A DNA stretch of 64,000 nt from an uncultured Solirubrobacterales bacterium. GTDB lineage: Bacteria; Actinomycetota; Thermoleophilia; Solirubrobacterales; 70-9. Below, piece by piece: positions 36,916-44,923 of the stretch. The first letter of the stretch is position 1. Every line of letters begins with the position of its first letter. The stretch spans positions 536,317-600,316 of the forward strand of contig CAVUAT010000011.1 of assembly GCA_963739545.1 (NCBI GenBank). Direction: 5' to 3'. The translations under genes were made by a program, and so were the position numbers. The notes under the pieces were generated by a model. It worked only from the letters and a program-made list of their open reading frames with translations, ran no database searches and was not told the DNA's origin.

Positions 36916-37910
36916 CAGGTGCGCACCAGGGGAAAACTGAGCATCACAGTTGTTCCGTTTCCGGATTGGGAGTCGATCGCCAAAGTCCCGCCCGCGAGCA
37001 GCGCTCGCTCGCGCATGCCCTCGATCCCGATCGTTTCGCCCTCGGGGCGATCGGGAATCCCACGCCCGTCATCGCTGACGGTGAGGTTGATCGCGCCGTT
37101 CGAGCCCTCCAGCTCGATCACGGCATGCGACGCCTGAGCATGCCGGAGAACGTTCGTCAACGCCTCCTGGGCCACGCGATAGAGGACCAACTCCTGATCC
37201 GAGGAGAGATCGGGCAGGTCATCGGAGAGACGACGCTCGATTCGCAGCCCGCCCTGGCGAGCTGCCCGGGAGCTGAGCGCGATCAGAGCGTTGATCAACC
37301 CGAGATCGTCGAGCGCCTCGGGGCGCAGCTCGCGGGCGATTCGTCTGATCTCATCGAGGGCGGAGTGGAGCTCGCCGGCGAGCACGGCCATTCGCTTCCG
37401 CTCGCCCTCGGGACCCTGCGAAGCGGCCCGTTCGATCTCGAGAGCCACCGCGGTCAGGGTCTGACCGGCCTCATCGTGAAGGGCCCGAGCGATTCGCAGG
37501 CGCTCCCGCTCTTGGGCGAGGAGCGCGGCGCGCGAGCCCGCACGACGTTCATCGGCCAAGCGGCCGAGCATCGCATTGAACGCGTTCGTGAATGCGGCCA
37601 GCTCGACGCTCTCGCTGGAGCCACCGATCCGTGCCCGCTCGGGGTGGCGCAAGTCGACCTCCCCCATCTCGGCCGCGAAGGTCCGAAGCGGCGCGAAAGC
37701 GCGACGGACGCGAATCGCGTTGACCGCCAGCATCGCCACAAACGCCAAGACCAAGATCAGGAGCTCGCCGGCGCGGATCGGGTGGCTGACGGTAACGGGT
37801 GTCACCACCAGGAGCACGAAGATCAAAGTGAGCAAGGCACTGCTTGAAAGGAGTGCCCGCCGCGCGATCGATCTCGATTCCCGGGAGGAGGGTTCGGCGC
37901 TGGAAGTCAT
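36915..37910 (-). CDS. Sensor histidine kinase (HisKA_3 type) with two TM helices and almost no extracytoplasmic loop
   Basis: The H-box is RIARALHDEAGQTL and the ATPase motifs are EALTNVLRHA and DDGRGI...GIEGMRERA. Its stop overlaps the RR start. Confidence 0.85.
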   Translation of the reverse strand: MTSSAEPSSRESRSIARRALLSSSALLTLIFVLLVVTPVTVSHPIRAGELLILVLAFVAMLAVNAIRVRRAFAPLRTFAAEMGEVDLRHPERARIGGSSESVELAAFTNAFNAMLGRLADERRAGSRAALLAQERERLRIARALHDEAGQTLTAVALEIERAASQGPEGERKRMAVLAGELHSALDEIRRIARELRPEALDDLGLINALIALSSRAARQGGLRIERRLSDDLPDLSSDQELVLYRVAQEALTNVLRHAQASHAVIELEGSNGAINLTVSDDGRGIPDRPEGETIGIEGMRERALLAGGTLAIDSQSGNGTTVMLSFPLVRT

Positions 37911-37988
37911 CGCCTAACGAAAGCACGCTCCTCCTCGAATAGCGAGAGGGTCGCTGTGCGGCCCGCCGCAGCGCCCGTCCCTGCCCGA

Positions 37989-38006
37989 ATGAGGATTTCC
38001 ACCCAT
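37989..38006. promoter_or_regulatory. Island box 6: ATGAGGATTTCCACCCAT (reverse orientation)
   Basis: Lies in the divergent gap between the HK-RR operon (start 37910) and the 38041 gene. Its reverse complement is 16/18 identical to box 7. Confidence 0.5.
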
Positions 38007-38040
38007 GGACCGGCGACCCAGCCGTTGCGAGTCTTGCGCC

Positions 38041-38354
38041 ATGGTCAAGATCGCGATCCTCTGCCACCCGTGCACGCCGGCCCCCACCGGCGACCTCGAG
38101 GATTGGCTTGAAGGTCAGCTCGACCAACTCCGGAAGGCCGCGCCCGTGGGCATCATCCGTCTGTCCGGCTGGCCCAGGGCCTCCCCGACACCGAGATCGA
38201 GGTCGGGTGGCTTGTCGAGCTGGAACTGCCCGAGGAATCCGTCCAGCTGGGACGCGATCGCCTTGTCAACGCCTTGGCCGATCTCGTCACGGATATGCGG
38301 TTCCTCGGGCTGCAGCCGAGCGTCCTGACCCCGAACGAGTGCGGGAATCCGTAG
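38041..38354 (+). pseudogene. Small hypothetical protein with one frameshift (apparent 1-nt loss in a C run near 38165)
   Basis: MVKIAILCHPCTPAPTGDLEDWLEGQLDQLRKAAPVGIIRLS continues in the -1 frame as RLAQGLPDTEIEVGWLVELELPEESVQLGRDRLVNALADLVTDMRFLGLQPSV... GC3 is coding-like in both parts. Confidence 0.45.
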
Positions 38355-38365
38355 GCGCTCGTGGG

Positions 38366-38383
38366 ATGGGTGGAAAGCCCCAT
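38366..38383. promoter_or_regulatory. Island box 7: ATGGGTGGAAAGCCCCAT
   Basis: Lies about 260 nt upstream of the reductase gene and is followed by CGAC. Confidence 0.5.
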
Positions 38384-38644
38384 CGACACGGCGACCGCCT
38401 GAGTCGATCATTCGGGTCATGGCAACCATCGGCCCAGCAGGAGTTCTGATCTTCACTCGTCGCGCCGAACTCGCCCGGACGCCTCGGCGAACCGCTGTGG
38501 GGCGACGGCCAACCCGCGAGACCAAGGCCGTGATGAGGGAGTTCAGGCGTCTGCATCGCACCGAAGGTAAGAACGCCCCCTTCCGGGACGCATACAGGGG
38601 GCCAAAGCAGTCAAACGGCCGGATGGCCCCCGAGGAAGGAAGAG

Positions 38645-39943
38645 ATGGCCGTCGCATCGCTTGAGACGTTCGTGATCGTCGGCGCGGGGCTGGCCGGCGC
38701 CAAAGCGGCAGAGACGCTGCGTGAAGAGGGCTTCGACGGTCGCCTCGTCCTGGTGGGCGATGAGCCCGAGCGCCCCTACGAGCGCCCGCCCCTGTCCAAG
38801 GAATACCTGCGGGGGGAGGCCGAGGATGCCCCCTACGTGCATGACCGGACCTTCTATGACGACCGTTCGATCGAGCTCTGGTGCTCGACGCGCGTCACCG
38901 GCCTCGACGCCGGCTTTCGGGAGCTCCTATTGGAAGGCGATCGCCGCCTCGGCTACGACCGCCTCCTGCTCTCGACCGGCGCGGTTCCGCGCCGGCTCGA
39001 CGTCCAGGGCGCCGACCTCGACGGCATCCACTACCTGCGAACGCTGGCCGACTCCGCGCGGATCCGTGAGCGGATCGAATCGAGCCAGCGACTGGTCGTA
39101 GTCGGCTCGGGCTGGATCGGCGCGGAGATCGCCGCCTCGGCTCGCCAGAAAGGATGCGAGGTGACCATGCTCGAGATGGCCTCACTACCCCTCGAGCGTG
39201 TCTTGGGGCCCGAGCTCGGGCAGATCTACCTAGACCTGCACCGCGATCACGGCGTCGAGTTCCTGCCCGAGACGACGGTCGAGCGCTTCGAGGGCCAGGG
39301 CTCTGTGGAGCGGGTGATCACCCGCGACGGCGCCTCGATCGAGACTGGGTTCGTCGTCGTCGGCATTGGCGTCGCCCCCCGCACCGGGCTGCTTGAAAGC
39401 GCCGGGCTTCGGATCGACAACGGCATCGTCGTCGACGAGCATCTCCAGAGCAGCATCCCGGGCGTGTACGCCGCGGGCGACGTCGCCAACGTTCGCCATC
39501 CCTTCTACCGACGCCACCTCCGCGTCGAGCACTGGGACACCGCGCTCCATCAGGGCCCCGTCGCCGCCAGGAACATGCTCGGCGCAAGCGAGCCCTACGA
39601 GCGGATCCCCTATTTCTTCTCCGACCAGTACGAGACCGGAATGGAGTACAGCGGCCACGCAATCGAATGGGACGAGGTCGTCTTCCGCGGCGACATCGGA
39701 GCCCGCGAGTTCATCGCCTTCTGGCTCGAGGACCAGCGCCTCGTCGCGGGAATGAATATGAACGTCTGGGACGTAAGCGACCCGATCCGGGAGCTGATCG
39801 CCTCCCGCCGGCGACTCGATCCGCGTGAGCTCGCCGACCCCGACACTCCGCTGGCCGAACTGAGCGAGCCCGGCGACGCTGACGACGACGAGGACGAGCG
39901 CGAAGCCCTCGGCGCGTGGGCATCCGAGGGTGGATCATGGTGA
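38645..39943 (+). CDS. FAD-dependent pyridine-nucleotide-disulfide-type oxidoreductase (ferredoxin/rubredoxin reductase-like) with an acidic C-terminal tail
   Basis: Has FVIVGAGLAGAKAAETLR, VVVGSGWIGAEIA and AAGDVA motifs. The tail is EPGDADDDEDEREAL. Confidence 0.85.
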   Translation: MAVASLETFVIVGAGLAGAKAAETLREEGFDGRLVLVGDEPERPYERPPLSKEYLRGEAEDAPYVHDRTFYDDRSIELWCSTRVTGLDAGFRELLLEGDRRLGYDRLLLSTGAVPRRLDVQGADLDGIHYLRTLADSARIRERIESSQRLVVVGSGWIGAEIAASARQKGCEVTMLEMASLPLERVLGPELGQIYLDLHRDHGVEFLPETTVERFEGQGSVERVITRDGASIETGFVVVGIGVAPRTGLLESAGLRIDNGIVVDEHLQSSIPGVYAAGDVANVRHPFYRRHLRVEHWDTALHQGPVAARNMLGASEPYERIPYFFSDQYETGMEYSGHAIEWDEVVFRGDIGAREFIAFWLEDQRLVAGMNMNVWDVSDPIRELIASRRRLDPRELADPDTPLAELSEPGDADDDEDEREALGAWASEGGSW

Positions 39944-41055
39944 ACCGCCTGCAGCACCTCCAGGACGCCGGGGTGTCGATCTGGCTGGACGACCTCTCCC
40001 GAGAGCTGCTCGACAGCGGCGAGTTCATGCGCTATGTGCGAGAGCTCGCGGTGACCGGAGCGACCTCGAACCCGACGATCTTCGCCAAGGCGATCACGCG
40101 CTCGGACCTGTATGACCCCCAGATCCGCCGCGCGCTTGATCTGGGCCTGAGCGATCCGCGGGAGATCTTCTTCGAGCTCGCTCTGGAGGACGTCCGCCGC
40201 GGCGCCGACAACCTGCGCGCGGTCTACGAGCTGAGCGACGGCCGCGATGGCTTCGTCTCCTTCGAGTGCACCCCCGACCTCGCGGACGACGCGAATGCGA
40301 CCGTGAAACAGGCGCTGGACGTCTGCAATCGAGTGAACGTACCCAACCTCCTGATCAAGGTCGCCGCGACCGACGCCGGGATCACCGCGATTGAGGAGCT
40401 GACGGCGCGCGGCGTCAGCGTCAACGTCACTCTGCTCTTCTCGGTGCGCCGCTACGAGCAGGCGATCGACGCATATTGGAGCGGCCTCGAGCGCCGGCTG
40501 GGAGTCGGCAAGCCGGTCGTGGAGATCTCCTCGGTGGCGTCCTTCTTCGTCTCGCGGGTCGACACGATCGTCGACCCGTGGCTCGCGCCCGACTCGCCAC
40601 TGCGCGGGCGAATCGCGATCGCAAACGCCCAGATCGCCTACGCGCGCTACATCCGGTCCCTCGAGAGCGCGAGATGGAAGGACCTCGCCGTTCGCGGTGC
40701 CACACCGCAGCGCCCGCTGTGGGCGAGCACCGGCACGAAAGACCCCGACTACTCCGACGTCCGCTACGTCCAAGAGCTGATCGCCCCGGGTGTGATTAGC
40801 ACGGTCCCGATCAAGACGCTTCAAGCCTTTGCCGACCATGGTGACGTCGGCGCCTCACTCGGCCGCGACGCGATCCGCGCCCAGCGGCTACTCGGCGAGC
40901 TGGCCGAGGCCGATATCGACTTCGCTGCGATCACGGACGAGCTCGAGCGCCGAGGCGTCGACTCCTTCCGCGATTCCTATCGCGAGCTGTTGGCCTGTAT
41001 CGAGGCGAAGACCTCCGAGGTGAGCGCCGGCGCTCTTGAGGCTGTCCATGCCTAG
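39937..41055 (+). CDS. tal: Transaldolase (long actinobacterial type)
   Basis: Starts MVNRLQHLQDAGVSIWLDDLSRELL...VTGATSNPTIFAKAI, with NLLIKVAAT. Its start overlaps the reductase stop (ATGGTGA). Confidence 0.9.
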   Translation: MVNRLQHLQDAGVSIWLDDLSRELLDSGEFMRYVRELAVTGATSNPTIFAKAITRSDLYDPQIRRALDLGLSDPREIFFELALEDVRRGADNLRAVYELSDGRDGFVSFECTPDLADDANATVKQALDVCNRVNVPNLLIKVAATDAGITAIEELTARGVSVNVTLLFSVRRYEQAIDAYWSGLERRLGVGKPVVEISSVASFFVSRVDTIVDPWLAPDSPLRGRIAIANAQIAYARYIRSLESARWKDLAVRGATPQRPLWASTGTKDPDYSDVRYVQELIAPGVISTVPIKTLQAFADHGDVGASLGRDAIRAQRLLGELAEADIDFAAITDELERRGVDSFRDSYRELLACIEAKTSEVSAGALEAVHA

Positions 41056-41105
41056 CGGAATGACCATTTCGCCCATGGTCGTAGGCCGTCTTTCCGCGGG
41101 AGCCT

Positions 41106-41771
41106 GTGGGGGATGGCCGATCCCGGCCATCCAGAAAGGAGCCACCATGTCTTCGGAAGTCGCGATACCAACAACCGCAACGCGCCCACCCGCGCCCTGG
41201 GCACCTCTCGGGCTTGCGCCTTCGCGTTCGCGGGCGCGCCCACGAGCTCGACAGAGCGCTCGCCGGCAAGGTCCGATCGGTGCCGATGGTCGATCAGGCC
41301 GCCCGGGCCCTCGACCAGCTGAGCCGCAGGCAGCGGTGGACCGGCGAGAACGATCTCGTATTCGTGAACGCGGTCGGCGGCGTGGTCGAGGACTCCCGCC
41401 CTGCGGCGGCGCTTCTACGCCGCCCTGAAGGCAGCGGAGGTGCCCCGCCTGCGCTTCCACGACCCCGGCACACGTTCGGGACGCTCGCCGTGCAGGCCTT
41501 CGCGCTTTCCGATGTGAAGGCCTACATGGGCCACGCGGACATTCAGACGACCATGCGCTACGTCCACCACGTGCCGCAGCACGACGCCGCCGAGCAGCTG
41601 ACCAAGCTCTTGCAGGAGCGCACCGAGATCGACGTTGGGTGCGCGCCGGGTGCGCGCGACTTAGACAACGAGAGGGGAGCGGAGGCAGAAAGCCCGCCTG
41701 AGCGGGCAATTTCTGATGGGCCGGGGTGGACTCGAACCACCGACCTACGGATTATGAGTCCGCTGCTCTGA
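41106..41771 (+). pseudogene. Tyrosine-recombinase (phage-type integrase) remnant, C-terminal catalytic part only, frameshifted
   Basis: Reads ...RSVPMVDQAARALDQLSRRQRWTGENDLVFVN... then, in another frame, LRRRFYAALKAAEVPRLRFHD, then RHTFGTLAVQAFALSDVKAYMGHADIQTTMRYVHH. The N-terminal half is absent because tal ends at 41055. It abuts the 3' end of tRNA-Met. Confidence 0.7.
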
Positions 41772-41790
41772 CCAACTGAGCTACCGGCCC
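41717..41790 (-). tRNA. tRNA-Met (anticodon CAT; elongator-type or possibly Ile2)
   Basis: The minus strand folds as a cloverleaf: GGGCCGG TA GCTC AGTTGGTC AGAGC A GCGGA CTCATAA TCCGT AGGTC GGTGG TTCGAGT CCACC CCGGCCC A. No CCA is encoded. Confidence 0.85.
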
Positions 41791-41853
41791 CGCAGGGGCG
41801 AGCCTAACGTCGCGGCGGGCGGCGCCGTCGCGGGACCGGCGCCTCAGCTTGGG

Positions 41854-42447
41854 CTAGGAGCCGTAAGGCGTGAGGGCGTAGCGGGCGCTGTAGCCGTCCA
41901 TCGGGCGCGGGGTGCTGCGCCAGCGCGGGCCGCTGCCGCTGGTCAGCGACTCGCCGACCGCGGAGGTATCGAAGCGCAGGCCGGCGACGACCATGTAGGC
42001 GTGGCCGCTGTTGCCGTAGACGGTGATCCACTTGCCGATTCCCGGCTTGCCCCACTTCGAGCCGAGCGGGCCCGACGGGAGCGGGGTCTTGAGCAGGCCG
42101 GCGGCGTGCAGGACGTAGCTGACGGCGCCCGAGCAGTCGTAGCCCTTGGACTTGAAGCTGGCGTGGCCTCCGCCGTAGACGTAGGGCTTGTAGCGGATCT
42201 TGTTGGCGGCGTTGATCGCCTTGCGGACGCGCTTGGGGGCGTCGGACGGCGCGGTCGCCGAGCCGTCGGCGTTAAGAGTGGCGACGCCCATGGTCCCCGA
42301 GACGGGGGGCGTCGTGGTGCCGCCCGGGGCCACCGATCCACCGGTCTGCGCCTGGGCTGAAGTCGTCGGTATCGCTATCGCTGCCGCCAGCAGCACCATG
42401 GCTGCTGTGCCCTTCCCGTACCTGCTCGCATCGAACCGCAAAGCCAT
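41854..42447 (-). CDS. Secreted NlpC/P60 (C40) peptidoglycan hydrolase
   Basis: Has a signal peptide and YVYGGGHASFKSKGYDCSGAVSYVLH...GHAYMVV. Confidence 0.85.
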   Translation of the reverse strand: MALRFDASRYGKGTAAMVLLAAAIAIPTTSAQAQTGGSVAPGGTTTPPVSGTMGVATLNADGSATAPSDAPKRVRKAINAANKIRYKPYVYGGGHASFKSKGYDCSGAVSYVLHAAGLLKTPLPSGPLGSKWGKPGIGKWITVYGNSGHAYMVVAGLRFDTSAVGESLTSGSGPRWRSTPRPMDGYSARYALTPYGS

Positions 42448-42460
42448 TCCTCCTTCGTCG

Positions 42461-42582
42461 GCCTACGGGGTTAGCTGTCGGGCTGGCGCTAAAGGACTCG
42501 CGCTCCCACTAGGTGGGTTCGCCCCAGGAACATTGGTTCCCCCGTTCCCATCTCGCGGTGAGGTGGGATTCGGCGTGTGTTG
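42461..42582 (-). promoter_or_regulatory. Cyclic-di-AMP (ydaO/yuaA-type) riboswitch in the NlpC/P60 leader
   Basis: The minus-strand RNA contains CGCCGAAUCC..., ACGGGGGAACC, CUGGGGCGAACC and the hallmark CCCGACAGCUAACCCCGUAGGC. These run directly into the RBS GAAGGAGG and ATG 42447. Confidence 0.7.
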
Positions 42583-42649
42583 GCGGAAACCGTAGCAACT
42601 GTGAAGGATCCCTTGCAAAAGGGAACCGTCGCGGCGGTTCGAGGCCGAA

Positions 42650-43024
42650 TCAGTCGTCGCCTGAGAGCACGGCGAGCCCCTCGCCCACTGAGGCGGGCTC
42701 AGGCTCCCCGGCGGCCGCTGCGCGAGCGCCCTCGCGGAGGCCGCTGACGCCCGCGGTCAGCTTCGACGCGAGCTCGGCGTCGATCGTCCCCGGGGCGGTG
42801 CGCTGGACGAGCGCGATCTCGAGCTGTTCGCTCAGCTCCGCGAGGCGCTGTTGGCCGACGACCATCGCGGCGCCCCTCAGCCCGTGCGCATCGATGCGCA
42901 GGCGCTCGACCTCATCCGATGCGGGCTCGGTCGCCGCCGCAAGCCGCTCGATTCCCTCGAGCATCTCGGGGGCGCGCCGCTCGGCCTCGGTGGCGAGCAT
43001 CTGCAGCAGCTCGTTATCGGCCAT
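42650..43024 (-). CDS. Stand-alone Hpt (histidine phosphotransfer) domain protein
   Basis: 124 aa with the phospho-acceptor context RIDAHGLRGAAMVVG. Confidence 0.7.
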   Translation of the reverse strand: MADNELLQMLATEAERRAPEMLEGIERLAAATEPASDEVERLRIDAHGLRGAAMVVGQQRLAELSEQLEIALVQRTAPGTIDAELASKLTAGVSGLREGARAAAAGEPEPASVGEGLAVLSGDD

Positions 43025-43039
43025 CCGGGTAGTTGTATC

Positions 43040-44086
43040 TCAGGAGGAGCCGGCGGGCGAGGCCGTCACCTTGTCGACCGCGGCGCGCAGCTCCTCGACT
43101 GAATAGGCGCCCTCGATCACGGTGCTGACCTTGCCGTCGCGATCGATCACGTAGAGCCAGGGCTCGCTCGGGAGACGGTAGGCCTCGACCTGGGGACGCG
43201 AACCCTTCTGGATGTCGTTGTCCACGTAGATCTCCTGGTGGATGAAGGCGACGTCCTCGCCCTCGACGTCGCGCTTGACCTGCTCGGCGACGTCGACGAC
43301 AGGCCCGCAGATGCGGCTCTGGCAGAGGGCGGGAGTCGCGAAGGACAACACCACCGGCTTCTCGCCCAGCACGTCCGCGAGGTCCTCGTCGTGCATCGTG
43401 CTGGCGGGGACCCGCGTGTCTATCTCCGCGACATCGGCGACGTCGTCGGTCGTAAGGGTGGAGACGACCGGCGCCTTCTCCCCGACGGCCACCGGGTCGA
43501 ACTCTCCGACCAGGCTGGGGGTCGCGATCAGGGAGCCCGAGAAGCCGTCGCCCTCCTTGACCAGCGCGGCGAAGGACCACTTCCCTGGTTGCTCGAGCGG
43601 CACGTCGCTTACGTAGACGACCTTGCCCGCGTCCGGGTCGGCGGCCGTGGACTCGGCGACGAACGCCGGCTCGGTCTCGAGCGACTCGATGCGCGCCGGG
43701 AAGGGGCCTTCCGCGGGGCCCTGGAGGTTCTTGGGCGCCGCGTAGATGGCCACCTCGGCGGTCGTGATCTGCTCTCGCTCGACCGTGAACACTCCGAAGG
43801 GGAAGCGGTTGTCGCCGACGGTGAGGACGCGGGCGGCCGGCGAGATGACCGGGCCCTGCGAGCTCGCGTTAGCGAGGACCTGCTCAAGGCTCTGGCCCTC
43901 CGCTGCGGGGAAGTCGGTGGCGGGGGGCGCGGGACGGGAGGCGCTGCTCGGCTCGTCGCCGCCGTCGTCGTCGTCTCCGCAGCCGGCGACGAGCGCCAGC
44001 GCCAAGGCGCCGGACGCGAGAGCCGCGGCCATGGCGGCGCGGCGCATTGATCCCGTCCCTGGACTCACGCGGCGCATCCTAGTCAC
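43040..44086 (-). CDS. Lipoprotein with C-terminal thioredoxin-like/redoxin domain
   Basis: Has the lipobox LALVAGC and a C-terminal PVVLSFATPALCQSRICGP (CxxxC) segment. The N-terminal domain is unrecognised. Confidence 0.65.
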   Translation of the reverse strand: MTRMRRVSPGTGSMRRAAMAAALASGALALALVAGCGDDDDGGDEPSSASRPAPPATDFPAAEGQSLEQVLANASSQGPVISPAARVLTVGDNRFPFGVFTVEREQITTAEVAIYAAPKNLQGPAEGPFPARIESLETEPAFVAESTAADPDAGKVVYVSDVPLEQPGKWSFAALVKEGDGFSGSLIATPSLVGEFDPVAVGEKAPVVSTLTTDDVADVAEIDTRVPASTMHDEDLADVLGEKPVVLSFATPALCQSRICGPVVDVAEQVKRDVEGEDVAFIHQEIYVDNDIQKGSRPQVEAYRLPSEPWLYVIDRDGKVSTVIEGAYSVEELRAAVDKVTASPAGSS

Positions 44087-44179
44087 GGACGTGAAAGCCC
44101 CGCTCAGCGCGAGGCACAGGTAGGGTGCGCCGGCTGCTGCAAAGGTGCTTCGAAAACGAAGGCTCGAGAGGAGATCGAC

Positions 44180-44917
44180 TTGGCTCAGAGGTCTGCATTG
44201 GTCACCGGCGGTTCAAGCGGCATCGGACTGGCGATAGCGAGGGCGCTGGCCGAGGATGGCTACTCGATCACGCTCTCGGCGAGGCGGCCCGAAAAGCTGG
44301 CCGCGGCCGGTGATGTTCTGCGCGCCGACGGCTTCGACGTCCTCGACGTGCCGGCGCAGATGACCGAGGAAGAGGACATGCGCAGGATCGTCGAGGCCCA
44401 CGCCGGGCGCTTCGGGCGGCTGGACGTGCTCGTCAACAACGCCGGGGTCGGGATCGGCGAGCAGATGCACGAGATGACGACGAAGAAGGTCGACATGCAG
44501 CTCGACGTCAACCTGCGCGCGGTGATCCTGATGACGCGTGAGTGCCTGCCGCTGTTGAAGGAAGCGGGCGCCGAGCACAGCAAGGCGCTGATCATCAACA
44601 CGGCCTCGATCGCCGGAAAGTCGCCCCAGCCGTGGCTTTCGGTCTACTCCGCGACCAAGGCGGCCGTGCTCGCGTGGAGCCAGTCGACGCAGAAGGAGAT
44701 CGCGGGCCAGGGGATTCAGGTGACCGCGCTGGCGCCGGGGTTCGTCGACACGCCGATGACGGAGTTCGTCAAGCAGTCGGTCGACGCCGAGTCGATGATC
44801 CGCCCCGAGGATCTCGCCGAGTCCGTGCGCTTCCTCCTGAAGACCTCGCCGAACTGTCTCGTGCCCGAGATCGTCTTCATGCGGCCCGACGAGACGAGCC
44901 GCGAGGGCTCCCCCTAG
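44180..44917 (+). CDS. SDR-family oxidoreductase
   Basis: Has TGGSSGIGLAIA, NNAG and YSATKAA motifs. Confidence 0.85.
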   Translation: MAQRSALVTGGSSGIGLAIARALAEDGYSITLSARRPEKLAAAGDVLRADGFDVLDVPAQMTEEEDMRRIVEAHAGRFGRLDVLVNNAGVGIGEQMHEMTTKKVDMQLDVNLRAVILMTRECLPLLKEAGAEHSKALIINTASIAGKSPQPWLSVYSATKAAVLAWSQSTQKEIAGQGIQVTALAPGFVDTPMTEFVKQSVDAESMIRPEDLAESVRFLLKTSPNCLVPEIVFMRPDETSREGSP

Positions 44918-44923
44918 GCCGCT

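Noticed and set aside
29490-38700. A SigR-type promoter (GGAAT-N18-19-GTT) in the island intergenic regions.
   Set aside because: GGAAT occurrences (for example near 34856 and 38345) are not followed by GTT at the right spacing, so no support was found by eye.
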